64,000 nucleotides of DNA from Planctomycetota bacterium (lineage in GTDB: Bacteria > Planctomycetota > SZUA-567 > H5-PLA8), in the NCBI GenBank assembly GCA_015075375.1, contig JABTUM010000002.1, positions 16,306 to 80,305 of the forward strand, in the 5' to 3' direction. Below, one piece after another: positions 16,244-24,807 of this stretch. Position 1 is the stretch's first letter. Each line of letters opens with the position of its first letter. The notes beneath the pieces are model-generated. The model did not search any database. It worked only from the letters and a program-made list of their open reading frames with translations, and was not told the DNA's origin. A program made the position numbers and the translations under genes.

Positions 16244-19200
16244 ATGCGAATTGGACTGGTGCTGATGTGTGGGTTGGCCGTGATGGCGGTGGCACACGGC
16301 GGCGAAGCGTATTCGTGGGCGACGGCGCATGCGGAGACGACGCCGAGCGGCGACTTGAAGTGGACGCCGGCGGCGTACCGCTTCGAGGCGGGCGCGTCGG
16401 TGAAGTACATCGATTTCGAAGGCGGCGACGACGGGGCGGCGGGCACGAAGGAGGCGCCTTGGAAGCACCATCCTTGGGATCCGCAGGCGGCGGGGCAGTC
16501 GAAAGCGTGCACGGGGATTCACACGTACGTCTTCAAGCGCGGGGTGGTGTACCGGGGCGAACTTCGGAACGCTCAGTCGGGCGAGGCGGGGAATCCGATG
16601 CGCTTGACGAGCGATCCGAACTGGGGCCAGGGCGAGGCGGTGATCTGCGGTTCGGAACTGGTGAAGAACTGGAAGCAGGGCGAGGCGCACGCGGCGATGC
16701 CCGACGGCGCGAAGGTCTGGCACGCGGACCTGGATTACCTGCCGCGGAACGTGTGGCTGGTGGAAGGCGCCAAGATCACGCGGCTGAATCTGGCGCGCAT
16801 TCCGAACTGGAAGGTGAGCAATCCCGAAGACGTGATGAGCGAGTGGTGGGTATGGGAGCAACCGGAGTGGTGGAAGGATCTGAACAAGACCACGGTCAAC
16901 AAGCGCGAGATGCATCTGGGGATCGACAAGAAGAACCTCACGCAGGATGCGAAGTTCTACGAAGGCGCGATCGTGCGCAGCGAGTGGGGCATCGTGATGG
17001 GGACGCCGTACCCGACGAAGGTGGAGGCGTTCGACGAGGCGAAGAAGGGGATCGCGTTCCAGGGCCCGTGGTTCGGGACGAGCGGGAAAATCATCACGGC
17101 GAACCGCTACTACCTGGAGGATAAGCCGAACTTTCTGGACGAGGCGGGGGAGTTCTGGTTCGAGCGGAAAGGCGAGGGCGGGCGGCTGTACGCTCGGATG
17201 CCGGGCGACGCCGATCCGAACGGCTTGCGGGTGGAGGCGGGTAAACGCTACGAGCTGATTCTGGACCCTGCGGCTTCGGACGCTCCGGACCGGATGGACA
17301 TCTTCCCGGAAGACCAGAAGGCGAAGATGAACGTGACGGGCGTGAAGCACCTGGAGGTCTCGGGGCTGACGTTCCGCTTCACGAACACGTGGTGGGATCT
17401 GGAGCACCCGGAGTGGATGCATAAGTGCGTGCCGAATGCGTGCATTCGGCTGCGCGGATCGTGCGACGACGTGACGATCCGGCATTGCGCGTTCGAGCAT
17501 GTCGGGCGGGGCGTGTCGGTTTCGGGGATCGAAGAGCGCTGCGCGACGGGGACGGTGACGGTGAGCGACAGTTCGTTCCGGCACACGGACCTGGGCGCGG
17601 TGCGGCTTGCGAGAGGTTCGGGGAGTTTCGAGAAGGCGCTGGTGCTGCGCAACAACTTCGAGGTGGTGGGGCAGCGCCCGCACCGCCAGGACAACGGGCA
17701 TAACGTGGAGGTGAACTTCGCGGTGGAGCAGGAAATCGCGGGGAACATCATTCACCGCTGCTACGGCTCGGGGATCTTCGTCTTCGGCGGGAAGCAGGGC
17801 GGGCAGACCGGCGAGAGCCCGCTCTCGCGCGTGCTGATTCACCACAACAAGGTGGTGGATTCGCTGCTGGCGGCGAACGACTGGGGCGGGATCGAGACGT
17901 GGCAGGGCGGACCGTTCTACCTCTACAACAACATCTCGGGGAACCCCGGCGGGTTCTGGAACTGGAACGCGGTGAAGGGCAAGAACGCCCGGCTGGGCTT
18001 CGCGTACTACCACGACGGCGCGTTCAAGAACTACAACTTCAACAACATCGCGTGGGGCAAGTCGAGCGATCCTTCGAGCCCGCTGTGCGCGGCGGTGGCC
18101 TACTACGAAGCGGTGCCGACGGTGCAGAACTCGTTCTTCCAGAACACGATCTACCGCTTCCGAGAGTCTTCGAACTGGTCGCCGCGCGGGGGCTACCACA
18201 AGTGGATCGGGAACCTGTACGAGGACATCAGCAGCTACGTCTTCGCTCACGGGAAGCTGAAGGAAGACAAGGGCGAAGCGGCGAACGAACATCCGCACGA
18301 GACGAACGCGTTCGCGCGGAACGTTTTCCACAAGACCTCGAACGAGTTCGCGATCTTCGAACAGAAGGCGCGGAAGCTCGAAAGCTTCGCGGCGTTCCAG
18401 TCGGCGCTGGCGGAGCGGAAGGCGATGGCCTCGTCGCTGGGCGTGGAGTCGGCGGCTCCGGTGCTGAAGGATCCCGCGAACTTCGATTTCAGTCCGGCGC
18501 CGGGTTCGGCGGCGATCGACGCGGGCGCGAAGTACTTCGTGCCGTGGAGCCTGTACGGCGTGGTGGCCGAGTGGAATTTCGTGCCGGCGGGGAACGATCC
18601 GGGCGTGATTCTGGACGAGCACTGGTACATGACGGAGTACGACCTGGACCGGCACGACTATCATTCGAAGCATCCGCGCTACCCGCTGAAGGTTGCGGGC
18701 GCGGCTGCGGCGGACTACGAGACGGGTGCTCTGGAGGACTGGGCGCCGGGCGCGCTGAAGCTGAACGGGAAGGACCGCTTCGCGGCGGCGGCGCACGCGG
18801 ATATGACCAAGCCGTTCGCGGTGAAGAAGACGGTGGGGAAGGGCAAGAATCAGAAGACGGTGGACGAGACCTACGAAGGGGAGCGGCTGAAGACGCCGGA
18901 CATCCACAAATCGAACTTCCTGATCGAGGCGTACTTCAAGATCGACGCGAACTCGGGCGCCGGCGTGCTGGTGCGCAAGCGCGCGGAGCGCGGCTATGCG
19001 CTGGAGACGGGGGCCGACGGGAAGCTGGTCTTCGCGGCGCAGAGCGAGTCGGCGACGTTCCAGATCAAGAGCAGCGTGCAGGTGAACGACGGGAAGTGGC
19101 ACCACGCGGTGGCCGAATCGGACCGCACGGCGAAGACGCTGAGGCTGTACCTGGACGGCAAGAAGGACGCCGAGGGCGAAGGGCCGGACGCGGGCGCGGC

Positions 19201-19429
19201 GCTGAATAACGGCGCGGACCTGTACGTGGGCGGGACGCCGAAGGGCGAGTGCCTGAGCGGCGCGGTGGACTTCGTGCGCATCGCTCACGGTACGCTGAAA
19301 GACGCGCGTACGAATATCGCGGAGCTGTACGCGTGGCAGTTCGACGGACCGTTCCTGCGGGACTTCACGGGCCGCAAGCCGACGGGCAAGGCGCGGGACG
19401 CGGGGGCGGTGGAGTTCGCGGGGGAGTAG
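16244..19429 (+). CDS. Secreted right-handed beta-helix protein with C-terminal LamG/concanavalin-like domain
   Basis: Signal peptide MRIGLVLMCGLAVMAVAHG and repetitive beta-helix-like segments (NN..W....). The C-terminal FLIEAYFKIDANSGAGVLVRK..GKLVFAAQ..VNDGKWHHAVAESDRTAKTLRLYLDGK..LYVGG is LamG-like. Confidence 0.8.
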   Translation: MRIGLVLMCGLAVMAVAHGGEAYSWATAHAETTPSGDLKWTPAAYRFEAGASVKYIDFEGGDDGAAGTKEAPWKHHPWDPQAAGQSKACTGIHTYVFKRGVVYRGELRNAQSGEAGNPMRLTSDPNWGQGEAVICGSELVKNWKQGEAHAAMPDGAKVWHADLDYLPRNVWLVEGAKITRLNLARIPNWKVSNPEDVMSEWWVWEQPEWWKDLNKTTVNKREMHLGIDKKNLTQDAKFYEGAIVRSEWGIVMGTPYPTKVEAFDEAKKGIAFQGPWFGTSGKIITANRYYLEDKPNFLDEAGEFWFERKGEGGRLYARMPGDADPNGLRVEAGKRYELILDPAASDAPDRMDIFPEDQKAKMNVTGVKHLEVSGLTFRFTNTWWDLEHPEWMHKCVPNACIRLRGSCDDVTIRHCAFEHVGRGVSVSGIEERCATGTVTVSDSSFRHTDLGAVRLARGSGSFEKALVLRNNFEVVGQRPHRQDNGHNVEVNFAVEQEIAGNIIHRCYGSGIFVFGGKQGGQTGESPLSRVLIHHNKVVDSLLAANDWGGIETWQGGPFYLYNNISGNPGGFWNWNAVKGKNARLGFAYYHDGAFKNYNFNNIAWGKSSDPSSPLCAAVAYYEAVPTVQNSFFQNTIYRFRESSNWSPRGGYHKWIGNLYEDISSYVFAHGKLKEDKGEAANEHPHETNAFARNVFHKTSNEFAIFEQKARKLESFAAFQSALAERKAMASSLGVESAAPVLKDPANFDFSPAPGSAAIDAGAKYFVPWSLYGVVAEWNFVPAGNDPGVILDEHWYMTEYDLDRHDYHSKHPRYPLKVAGAAAADYETGALEDWAPGALKLNGKDRFAAAAHADMTKPFAVKKTVGKGKNQKTVDETYEGERLKTPDIHKSNFLIEAYFKIDANSGAGVLVRKRAERGYALETGADGKLVFAAQSESATFQIKSSVQVNDGKWHHAVAESDRTAKTLRLYLDGKKDAEGEGPDAGAALNNGADLYVGGTPKGECLSGAVDFVRIAHGTLKDARTNIAELYAWQFDGPFLRDFTGRKPTGKARDAGAVEFAGE

Positions 19430-19462
19430 GTTCGGGGCGGAGCAAGCGCGGCGCGGGAGCGG

Positions 19463-22400
19463 CTATTTTTCGAGGGTGCCGATGCCGTTGAGCTGGAAGG
19501 CGGCCCAGTGGGCGGGTGTGCGGTCGTCTTTGACGAAGGCGCGCTGCGCGGCGCAGAGCGCGCCGACGGGATCGCGCGGTCGGTCTTTTAATTTCTCGTA
19601 GAAAATCTTCATCAAATCGGTGGTGGCGTCGTTTTCGACCTCCCAGAGCGTGCCGATCACGTTGGGCACGCCGGCGTGCTGGAAGGCTCGCGTGACGCCT
19701 ACGACTTCGTCGCCGCTGCCTTCCCCTCCGATGCTGCTGACGCAGGCGCTGAGGACGACGAGTCCGGTGTGCGGCAGCTTGTACTCGTAGATTTCCTCCG
19801 CGGGCACGCGGCCGTCGTGGTCGATGCGGGCAAAAAGATGGATGCCCGACTGGGAAGGCACGAGCGGGTCGAAGGAGCCGTGCGAGGAGACGTGGAGGAT
19901 GCCGGCTTCGGGCGCGGCTTCGCGGAACTTGGCGGCGGTGGCGTCGCGTTCGAGGAAGAAGCGGGCCTTGGGAAAGGACCGCGCGATTTGCCCGGTTTCG
20001 CTGCGGTAAAAAGGCGAGTTGGGATCGAGCGAGATGAGCGCGTCGAAGGCGATGAGGGAGTCGGCGGGTTCGAAGGTGAGGCGTTTGCGCGCGGCGTAGA
20101 CGCTGGCGCTGGGCGCGTAAAACGGCTCGTAGTGCTGGACCAGGAAGCCGCTGCCGTCGTTGAGCGCCTGGAAGGGGAGGTAGTGCAGAGCCTGGTGGGG
20201 GACGATGCAGACGCGCTTGGCGTTTCCGAGTCCGCCTTCGAGGGGGCCCCAGAGGCGGCGGTGGAGTTCCTGGGCGATCGATTTCCAGTCGCCTTGGCGC
20301 TTGGCTTCTTCGCGGAGGTGTTCGGGCAACTGTTCGAGTTGCCGGCTGTCGGCGAGGATCGCGAGGCGCAGCGCGACGATTTTTTCGCGCAGTTCGGCCT
20401 GCTTGAAGGGCAGGCTGCGGCGCTGGAACTTATCCTTGGTGACGGTCCAGGCGAGGATGTCGTGCTCGCGCAGGAAGTAGACGGCGAAAGCCAGATCGTC
20501 GCCGCAGAGCGCCTGGAGTTCCTTGACGGAGGCGAAGGGCGTGGCGGCGGCTTGCGCGTTCTGGCCCAGGCTGTCGAGGAGGCTGCGGGCGCGGGCGCGT
20601 TCGGCCCATAGGAACGCGGCTTCCTCGTCGCCTTGCGCGACGGCGAGGGAGACGGCGAGTTCGTAGGCTTCGTACTTGTTGTCGCCGGTGGAGAGGCGGC
20701 TGTGGTAATCGCGCAGGCTGGCGCGCTGGCTTTCGATCAGGTCGAGTGCTTCGTAGAGCCCCTTGCGCGCGGCTTCGGGCTTCATCTGCTTGTACGCGGA
20801 CTTGGCGACGCCGACGCGCCACTTCCAGGCAAACTCCTGGCTCTTGGTCTGAGCGGCGGCCTCGCCGGCCTTGCGGTAGGCGGCTTCGGCTTTGCCGGGC
20901 TGGCCGAGTTCGAGCTGGCAGCGTCCGACTTCGAGCCAGGCCAAAGGCGTGTCGGGATGCGCCGCTCCGGCGAGGGCTTTTTCGAGAATCGGGATGGCGT
21001 CGGCCTGGCGTCCTTTGCGGCTGAGGCAGAGCCCCAGGTGATACCAGGCGGTTCCGATCTCGGCCGCGCCGACCTGGAGGCGGTCGAGGCGTTCGGCTTC
21101 TTCCCGCAAGCCTTCCTCGATGCGCGCGTCTTCGACGCCCAACTGTCCGGCCACGACGATGAGGTCCCGCGCGGAGCGGTATTCGAGGAGCGTAAGCTGG
21201 TTGGCGGCGGCGTGGTCGAAGGCCTGGCGGTGGCGGCGGAGGGCTTCGGGAAGATTGCCGAGGGAGGCGTAAAGCTGGCCGAGGCGGTGGTGGGCGGAGG
21301 CCAGGAGGTGCGGATTCTTGCGCGCTTCGGCGAGTTTGACGGTTTCGAGGCCGGTGCCGCCAAGGGCTTCGAGGTTGCCGGCGAATCGCGCGGCGTCGGC
21401 GAGGTTCCAGAGCGCGTGGAGGAGGAGCTTAGGGTCCTTGTCTTTGCGCGCGCGATCGGCGGCGAAGCGGGCCAGGGTCATCGAGAGCTGGGGATCGGCG
21501 TGGGCGGCGTCTTCGCGGGCGCAGAGGCTGCGCAGGATCAGGGCGGCGGCGGGCGCGGAAGCGGCGTTCGCGGGATCGGCGGCTTCGAGCAGGGCGGCAG
21601 GCGGGCTGCCTTGCTTCCAGGCCTCGACAAGCGCCTGGGCCTGCGCCGCGGTGAAGTAGGGCCAGAGCTTATCGAGGGCGGGCACCTCGGCGCCGGAGCG
21701 GAGCGTTTCGAGGAGCGCGGCGTGAAGGACGCCGCCGGTCTTGCTCCAGGCGTCGTACGAGAGATCGGCCGGCGCGTAGGCGCAGAGTTCGAGGAAGGCC
21801 GCGACGGTGGGTTCGAGCGCGCGGTCGAGTTCGAGCTTCTGGAGCATCCGTTCGGCCTGGCAGCCCAGGTGGGCGACGGTGTGGTCCAGGGAATCGGGGT
21901 AGAGTTCGGCGATTTTGGCGAGGTGCGGTTCGGATTCGTTCCAGCGCCCGAGTCTGGCGAGCCCGACGGCGTAGATGACGCGCAGGTCGGAGACGAGATC
22001 GGCTCCGTAATGCCGGGCGCGGTCGACGTAAGGGAGCGCGATCTCGGGGAAGCCGAGGCCGGCCCAGGCGCGCGCGGTATCGAGGAGGCGGTCGCGGCGT
22101 TCTTCGTTGTTCAGGCCGGGATCGTCGAGCTTGGCGTTAAGCGGGGCGATGGCGTCCATGACGCGATCGGGCAGGCGTTCGTTCTGGCTTTTTCGGACGG
22201 GGAAGATCGTGAGCGGTCCCAGGCCGTCGCCTTCGAAGCTGGCGGGCAGCATATAAGGATGCGCACCGCCGGCGTGGGCGGGGGCGGCTCCGGAAGCGGG
22301 TTCTGGCGTGCGCAGCTTCAGCGCCAGCCAACCGACGGCCAACAGCACGACGAAGGCGGCTGCGACGACGAGCAGCGTCTGTGGACTGCGTTTGGCGTTT

Positions 22401-22891
22401 ACCAGCGGTACGGGCCGGCCCGCGGCGGCGGGCGGAGGCGCGGGCGGCGCGGAACGGAAGCCGCCTTGGGGCACCGCGACTTTGCGCGCGGCTTCGGGCG
22501 GCGCATCGGCCGGCGCGCTGGGTTCCGCCGGAGCGGGCACGGGCGCCGATGGCCGGGGCGCTTGCGCGGCGGGCGGTGGCACCGGGGGCAGCGGAGCCGA
22601 AGGGCGCGGGACGGGGGCCTGCGTCCCGCCGCCGGCGCGTTTGGCGGAGGGCGGCGGCGGCACGGGAATTCGTTCGGAAGGGCGCTTGGCGCTGCCGGGA
22701 AGCTGGCCGGGGACGACGGGATCGCCGAGGGTGGGCTCGATCTCTTTGAACGGACGCCAATCGGGCATGCCCTTTTTCCAGCAGGGCGTTTCGGACGGCA
22801 GTTGGCCCATGACCCAGAGCCGGCGCAGTTCCGCGCCATCGACCGGGCCCTGCTGCTGGCCTTGGACGACGAAATGCCATTCTCGCGGCAT
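19463..22891 (-). CDS. GYF_2 domain / proline-rich linker / TM / TPR / CHAT-domain (caspase-like) protein
   Basis: ATG at 22891 chosen, since the longer ORF to 23128 would overlap the upstream gene. The N-terminal WHFVVQGQQQGPVDGAELRRLWVMGQLPSETPCWKKGMPDWRPF is GYF_2-like. A Pro-rich ~100 aa follows, then the TM segment TLLVVAAAFVVLLAVGWLALKL and long TPR-like helices. The C-terminal CHAT domain has the ILHVSSHG (His) and GLVVLSACVS (Cys) dyad. Confidence 0.85.
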   Translation of the reverse strand: MPREWHFVVQGQQQGPVDGAELRRLWVMGQLPSETPCWKKGMPDWRPFKEIEPTLGDPVVPGQLPGSAKRPSERIPVPPPPSAKRAGGGTQAPVPRPSAPLPPVPPPAAQAPRPSAPVPAPAEPSAPADAPPEAARKVAVPQGGFRSAPPAPPPAAAGRPVPLVNAKRSPQTLLVVAAAFVVLLAVGWLALKLRTPEPASGAAPAHAGGAHPYMLPASFEGDGLGPLTIFPVRKSQNERLPDRVMDAIAPLNAKLDDPGLNNEERRDRLLDTARAWAGLGFPEIALPYVDRARHYGADLVSDLRVIYAVGLARLGRWNESEPHLAKIAELYPDSLDHTVAHLGCQAERMLQKLELDRALEPTVAAFLELCAYAPADLSYDAWSKTGGVLHAALLETLRSGAEVPALDKLWPYFTAAQAQALVEAWKQGSPPAALLEAADPANAASAPAAALILRSLCAREDAAHADPQLSMTLARFAADRARKDKDPKLLLHALWNLADAARFAGNLEALGGTGLETVKLAEARKNPHLLASAHHRLGQLYASLGNLPEALRRHRQAFDHAAANQLTLLEYRSARDLIVVAGQLGVEDARIEEGLREEAERLDRLQVGAAEIGTAWYHLGLCLSRKGRQADAIPILEKALAGAAHPDTPLAWLEVGRCQLELGQPGKAEAAYRKAGEAAAQTKSQEFAWKWRVGVAKSAYKQMKPEAARKGLYEALDLIESQRASLRDYHSRLSTGDNKYEAYELAVSLAVAQGDEEAAFLWAERARARSLLDSLGQNAQAAATPFASVKELQALCGDDLAFAVYFLREHDILAWTVTKDKFQRRSLPFKQAELREKIVALRLAILADSRQLEQLPEHLREEAKRQGDWKSIAQELHRRLWGPLEGGLGNAKRVCIVPHQALHYLPFQALNDGSGFLVQHYEPFYAPSASVYAARKRLTFEPADSLIAFDALISLDPNSPFYRSETGQIARSFPKARFFLERDATAAKFREAAPEAGILHVSSHGSFDPLVPSQSGIHLFARIDHDGRVPAEEIYEYKLPHTGLVVLSACVSSIGGEGSGDEVVGVTRAFQHAGVPNVIGTLWEVENDATTDLMKIFYEKLKDRPRDPVGALCAAQRAFVKDDRTPAHWAAFQLNGIGTLEK

Positions 22892-23027
22892 ACGTTGGTA
22901 ATCTTCCAGCCTGTTATTTGATGATGGTACCTTACGGCGCTCGGAAAACGAGAGCTTGCACAGGTGAAGCGCGAATTTTTTTATCCGCGGGAGGAGGCTC
23001 CGTGAAGGCTTGAAAGGGGCTCGCGCT

Positions 23028-24644
23028 TCAGGCGCTTTCTTTTTGTGTGCTGGCCGCGGTTTCGGCCTGCTCGCTTCCGCCGTCAGCGGCCTCGGGGGTG
23101 GCGGTCTCGACGAGGTGGCGTTCTCCAAGCATCTTCAAATAAAGGAGGAGCTTGGTGAACATGACGACGGGATGGACGCCGAGTTCTGCGCAGAGTTCGG
23201 CCAGGACCTGAGCGACGGTGGGGCCGTGGGCGAGTTTTTCCCAGACCTTGCGGCCGATGGGGTCGAGGGCGAGGCGGCGGTGGAAGACTTCGGCCGGGCG
23301 TCCGCCGCGCAGGAGCGTGACGAACATGCCGGAGCCGCCTTGCACGGGGTAGACGAGGGAAGCGGTCTCGTCCTTGAGGCTGGGCTCGAAGCGGACTTCG
23401 TCACGGGTGCGGACGCGGAAGCGGAGCTGCTTGCGGCGCAGGTCGACGGCGCTGAGCTTTTCTTTCTTGGCGGGGATGGGTTCGCCTTGGGCGTCGTCGT
23501 CGCTTTTGAGTCCGGCCTCGGCGTACACGAAGGGCCGCCAATCGACGGGGTGCTGGTCTGGCAAGGCGTGGCAGGACATGCGTTCGGTGAGGGCGCGCAA
23601 CTCGGCTTCGGCATCGGCGTCGCCTTTTCGGACGCAGAGCGCGAAGAGTGCGCGCGCATCGGCGCAGGTCCAGGCGAGGCCGGCGGCTCCGCCGGACCAG
23701 CGCCTGCCGAGCTTACGGAGAATCCAGTCGCCGCCGCGAATGTGGGCGCGGCGGCGTTCGAGGTACAGGCCGGCTTTGTGCGAGTGCACGGAGTCGTCGG
23801 CGGTGCGGCCGTGCTTGCCGGCGGCCTTCTCGATGCCGGGCCCGAAGATGCGCGGCGGCCCGGTCATCTCGCGGGAGACGGGGTCGGTGACTTCGCCGCG
23901 GTCGAAGAGTACTTTCATCAGGCGGGTCTGGAGTTCGGTTTCGTCGATCTGGGCGCGGTGCTGTTCGGCCATGCCGAGCCGGGCGAGGGTGACTTTGCAC
24001 GCGGGGGAGGCGAATTCGGCGTGGACCTGGGCTTCGCCGAGTCGCAAGCCGAGGAGATCGTAGCCCGCGGGGAGATCGACCTGGAGCCCGGCGAGGGCGA
24101 AGCGGACGGAGTCTTTGGCGGAGTAGAGCTTGAACGAGCGCAGGACGCGCTTGGCGGTGCGGATCGGATCGTCGTCGCCGGTGGGGCAGAGCGCGGCGGC
24201 GACGTAAGCGCGGCGGCCTTCGGCGGCGACGCTGAGGACGGCCATGCAGCCGCGCTGGCCGTTCCAGAGGTATTCGCAGGCGGTGCCGTCGGCCTTCGTG
24301 CCGAGATAATCGTCGAGCGTCCGGGGTTCGCCTTTCCACTCGATGGTGACGCCGGTCTGCTTGGCCTGCTTTTCGGCGGCGGTGCGTTCGCGCTTCCAGG
24401 CGGAGGCGAGGCGCTTCTCGACGCTTGCGGGCGATTCGTTGGCGTCGCTCGGGAGCCACATCCAGTTGAGTTCGAGCGGGGTGCCGGTGAGCGTTTCCCA
24501 GCGCAGGTGCGCGGAGCGTTCGGTCCAGTTGGCGAGGTTGGGCTGCCAGGCGAGGGGGGTCTCGAGGCTGAGCGGCGGTACGGCGCAGCGGGTCCAGACG
24601 GTGCGGGCGTCGGCGGGCCGCGGCGTGGTAGGGGCTTCGGGCAT
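23028..24644 (-). CDS. Hypothetical protein with C-terminal PqqD-like (RRE-type) domain
   Basis: 538 aa, ATG at 24644. The C-terminal LDPIGRKVWEKLAHGPTVAQVLAELCAELGVHPVVMFTKLLLYLKMLGERHLV matches the PqqD/RRE pattern (from memory). The N-terminal ~430 aa is unrecognised. Confidence 0.7.
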   Translation of the reverse strand: MPEAPTTPRPADARTVWTRCAVPPLSLETPLAWQPNLANWTERSAHLRWETLTGTPLELNWMWLPSDANESPASVEKRLASAWKRERTAAEKQAKQTGVTIEWKGEPRTLDDYLGTKADGTACEYLWNGQRGCMAVLSVAAEGRRAYVAAALCPTGDDDPIRTAKRVLRSFKLYSAKDSVRFALAGLQVDLPAGYDLLGLRLGEAQVHAEFASPACKVTLARLGMAEQHRAQIDETELQTRLMKVLFDRGEVTDPVSREMTGPPRIFGPGIEKAAGKHGRTADDSVHSHKAGLYLERRRAHIRGGDWILRKLGRRWSGGAAGLAWTCADARALFALCVRKGDADAEAELRALTERMSCHALPDQHPVDWRPFVYAEAGLKSDDDAQGEPIPAKKEKLSAVDLRRKQLRFRVRTRDEVRFEPSLKDETASLVYPVQGGSGMFVTLLRGGRPAEVFHRRLALDPIGRKVWEKLAHGPTVAQVLAELCAELGVHPVVMFTKLLLYLKMLGERHLVETATPEAADGGSEQAETAASTQKESA

Positions 24645-24807
24645 GACGTTCTTTACAGCGGGAAACGGGAAAATTCAAATACAGGGGTGAGCCGTTCCAA
24701 GTTCCACATTCAAACGGCCAGAACTACGCAAGCTTCAGACCGCAAACTTCAAAGGGCAAACAGGGCAAGGGCGGCGGGCGGGACGCCCGCGATACGCAGG
24801 GCAGGAT

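Noticed and set aside
16124-19288. 1054-aa ORF on the minus strand, fully antisense to the 1061-aa beta-helix/LamG gene
   Set aside because: The translation is extremely Arg/His/Pro-rich and low-complexity, with no motifs. This is typical of stop-free antisense frames in GC-rich genes. The plus-strand product has a signal peptide and recognisable domains.
24694-24710. Second site related to the 6760-6779 palindrome (shared heptamer GTTCCAC in GTTCCAAGTTCCACATT)
   Set aside because: Only a 7-mer is shared and the half-site order differs. A 7-mer match is expected by chance in a window of this size.
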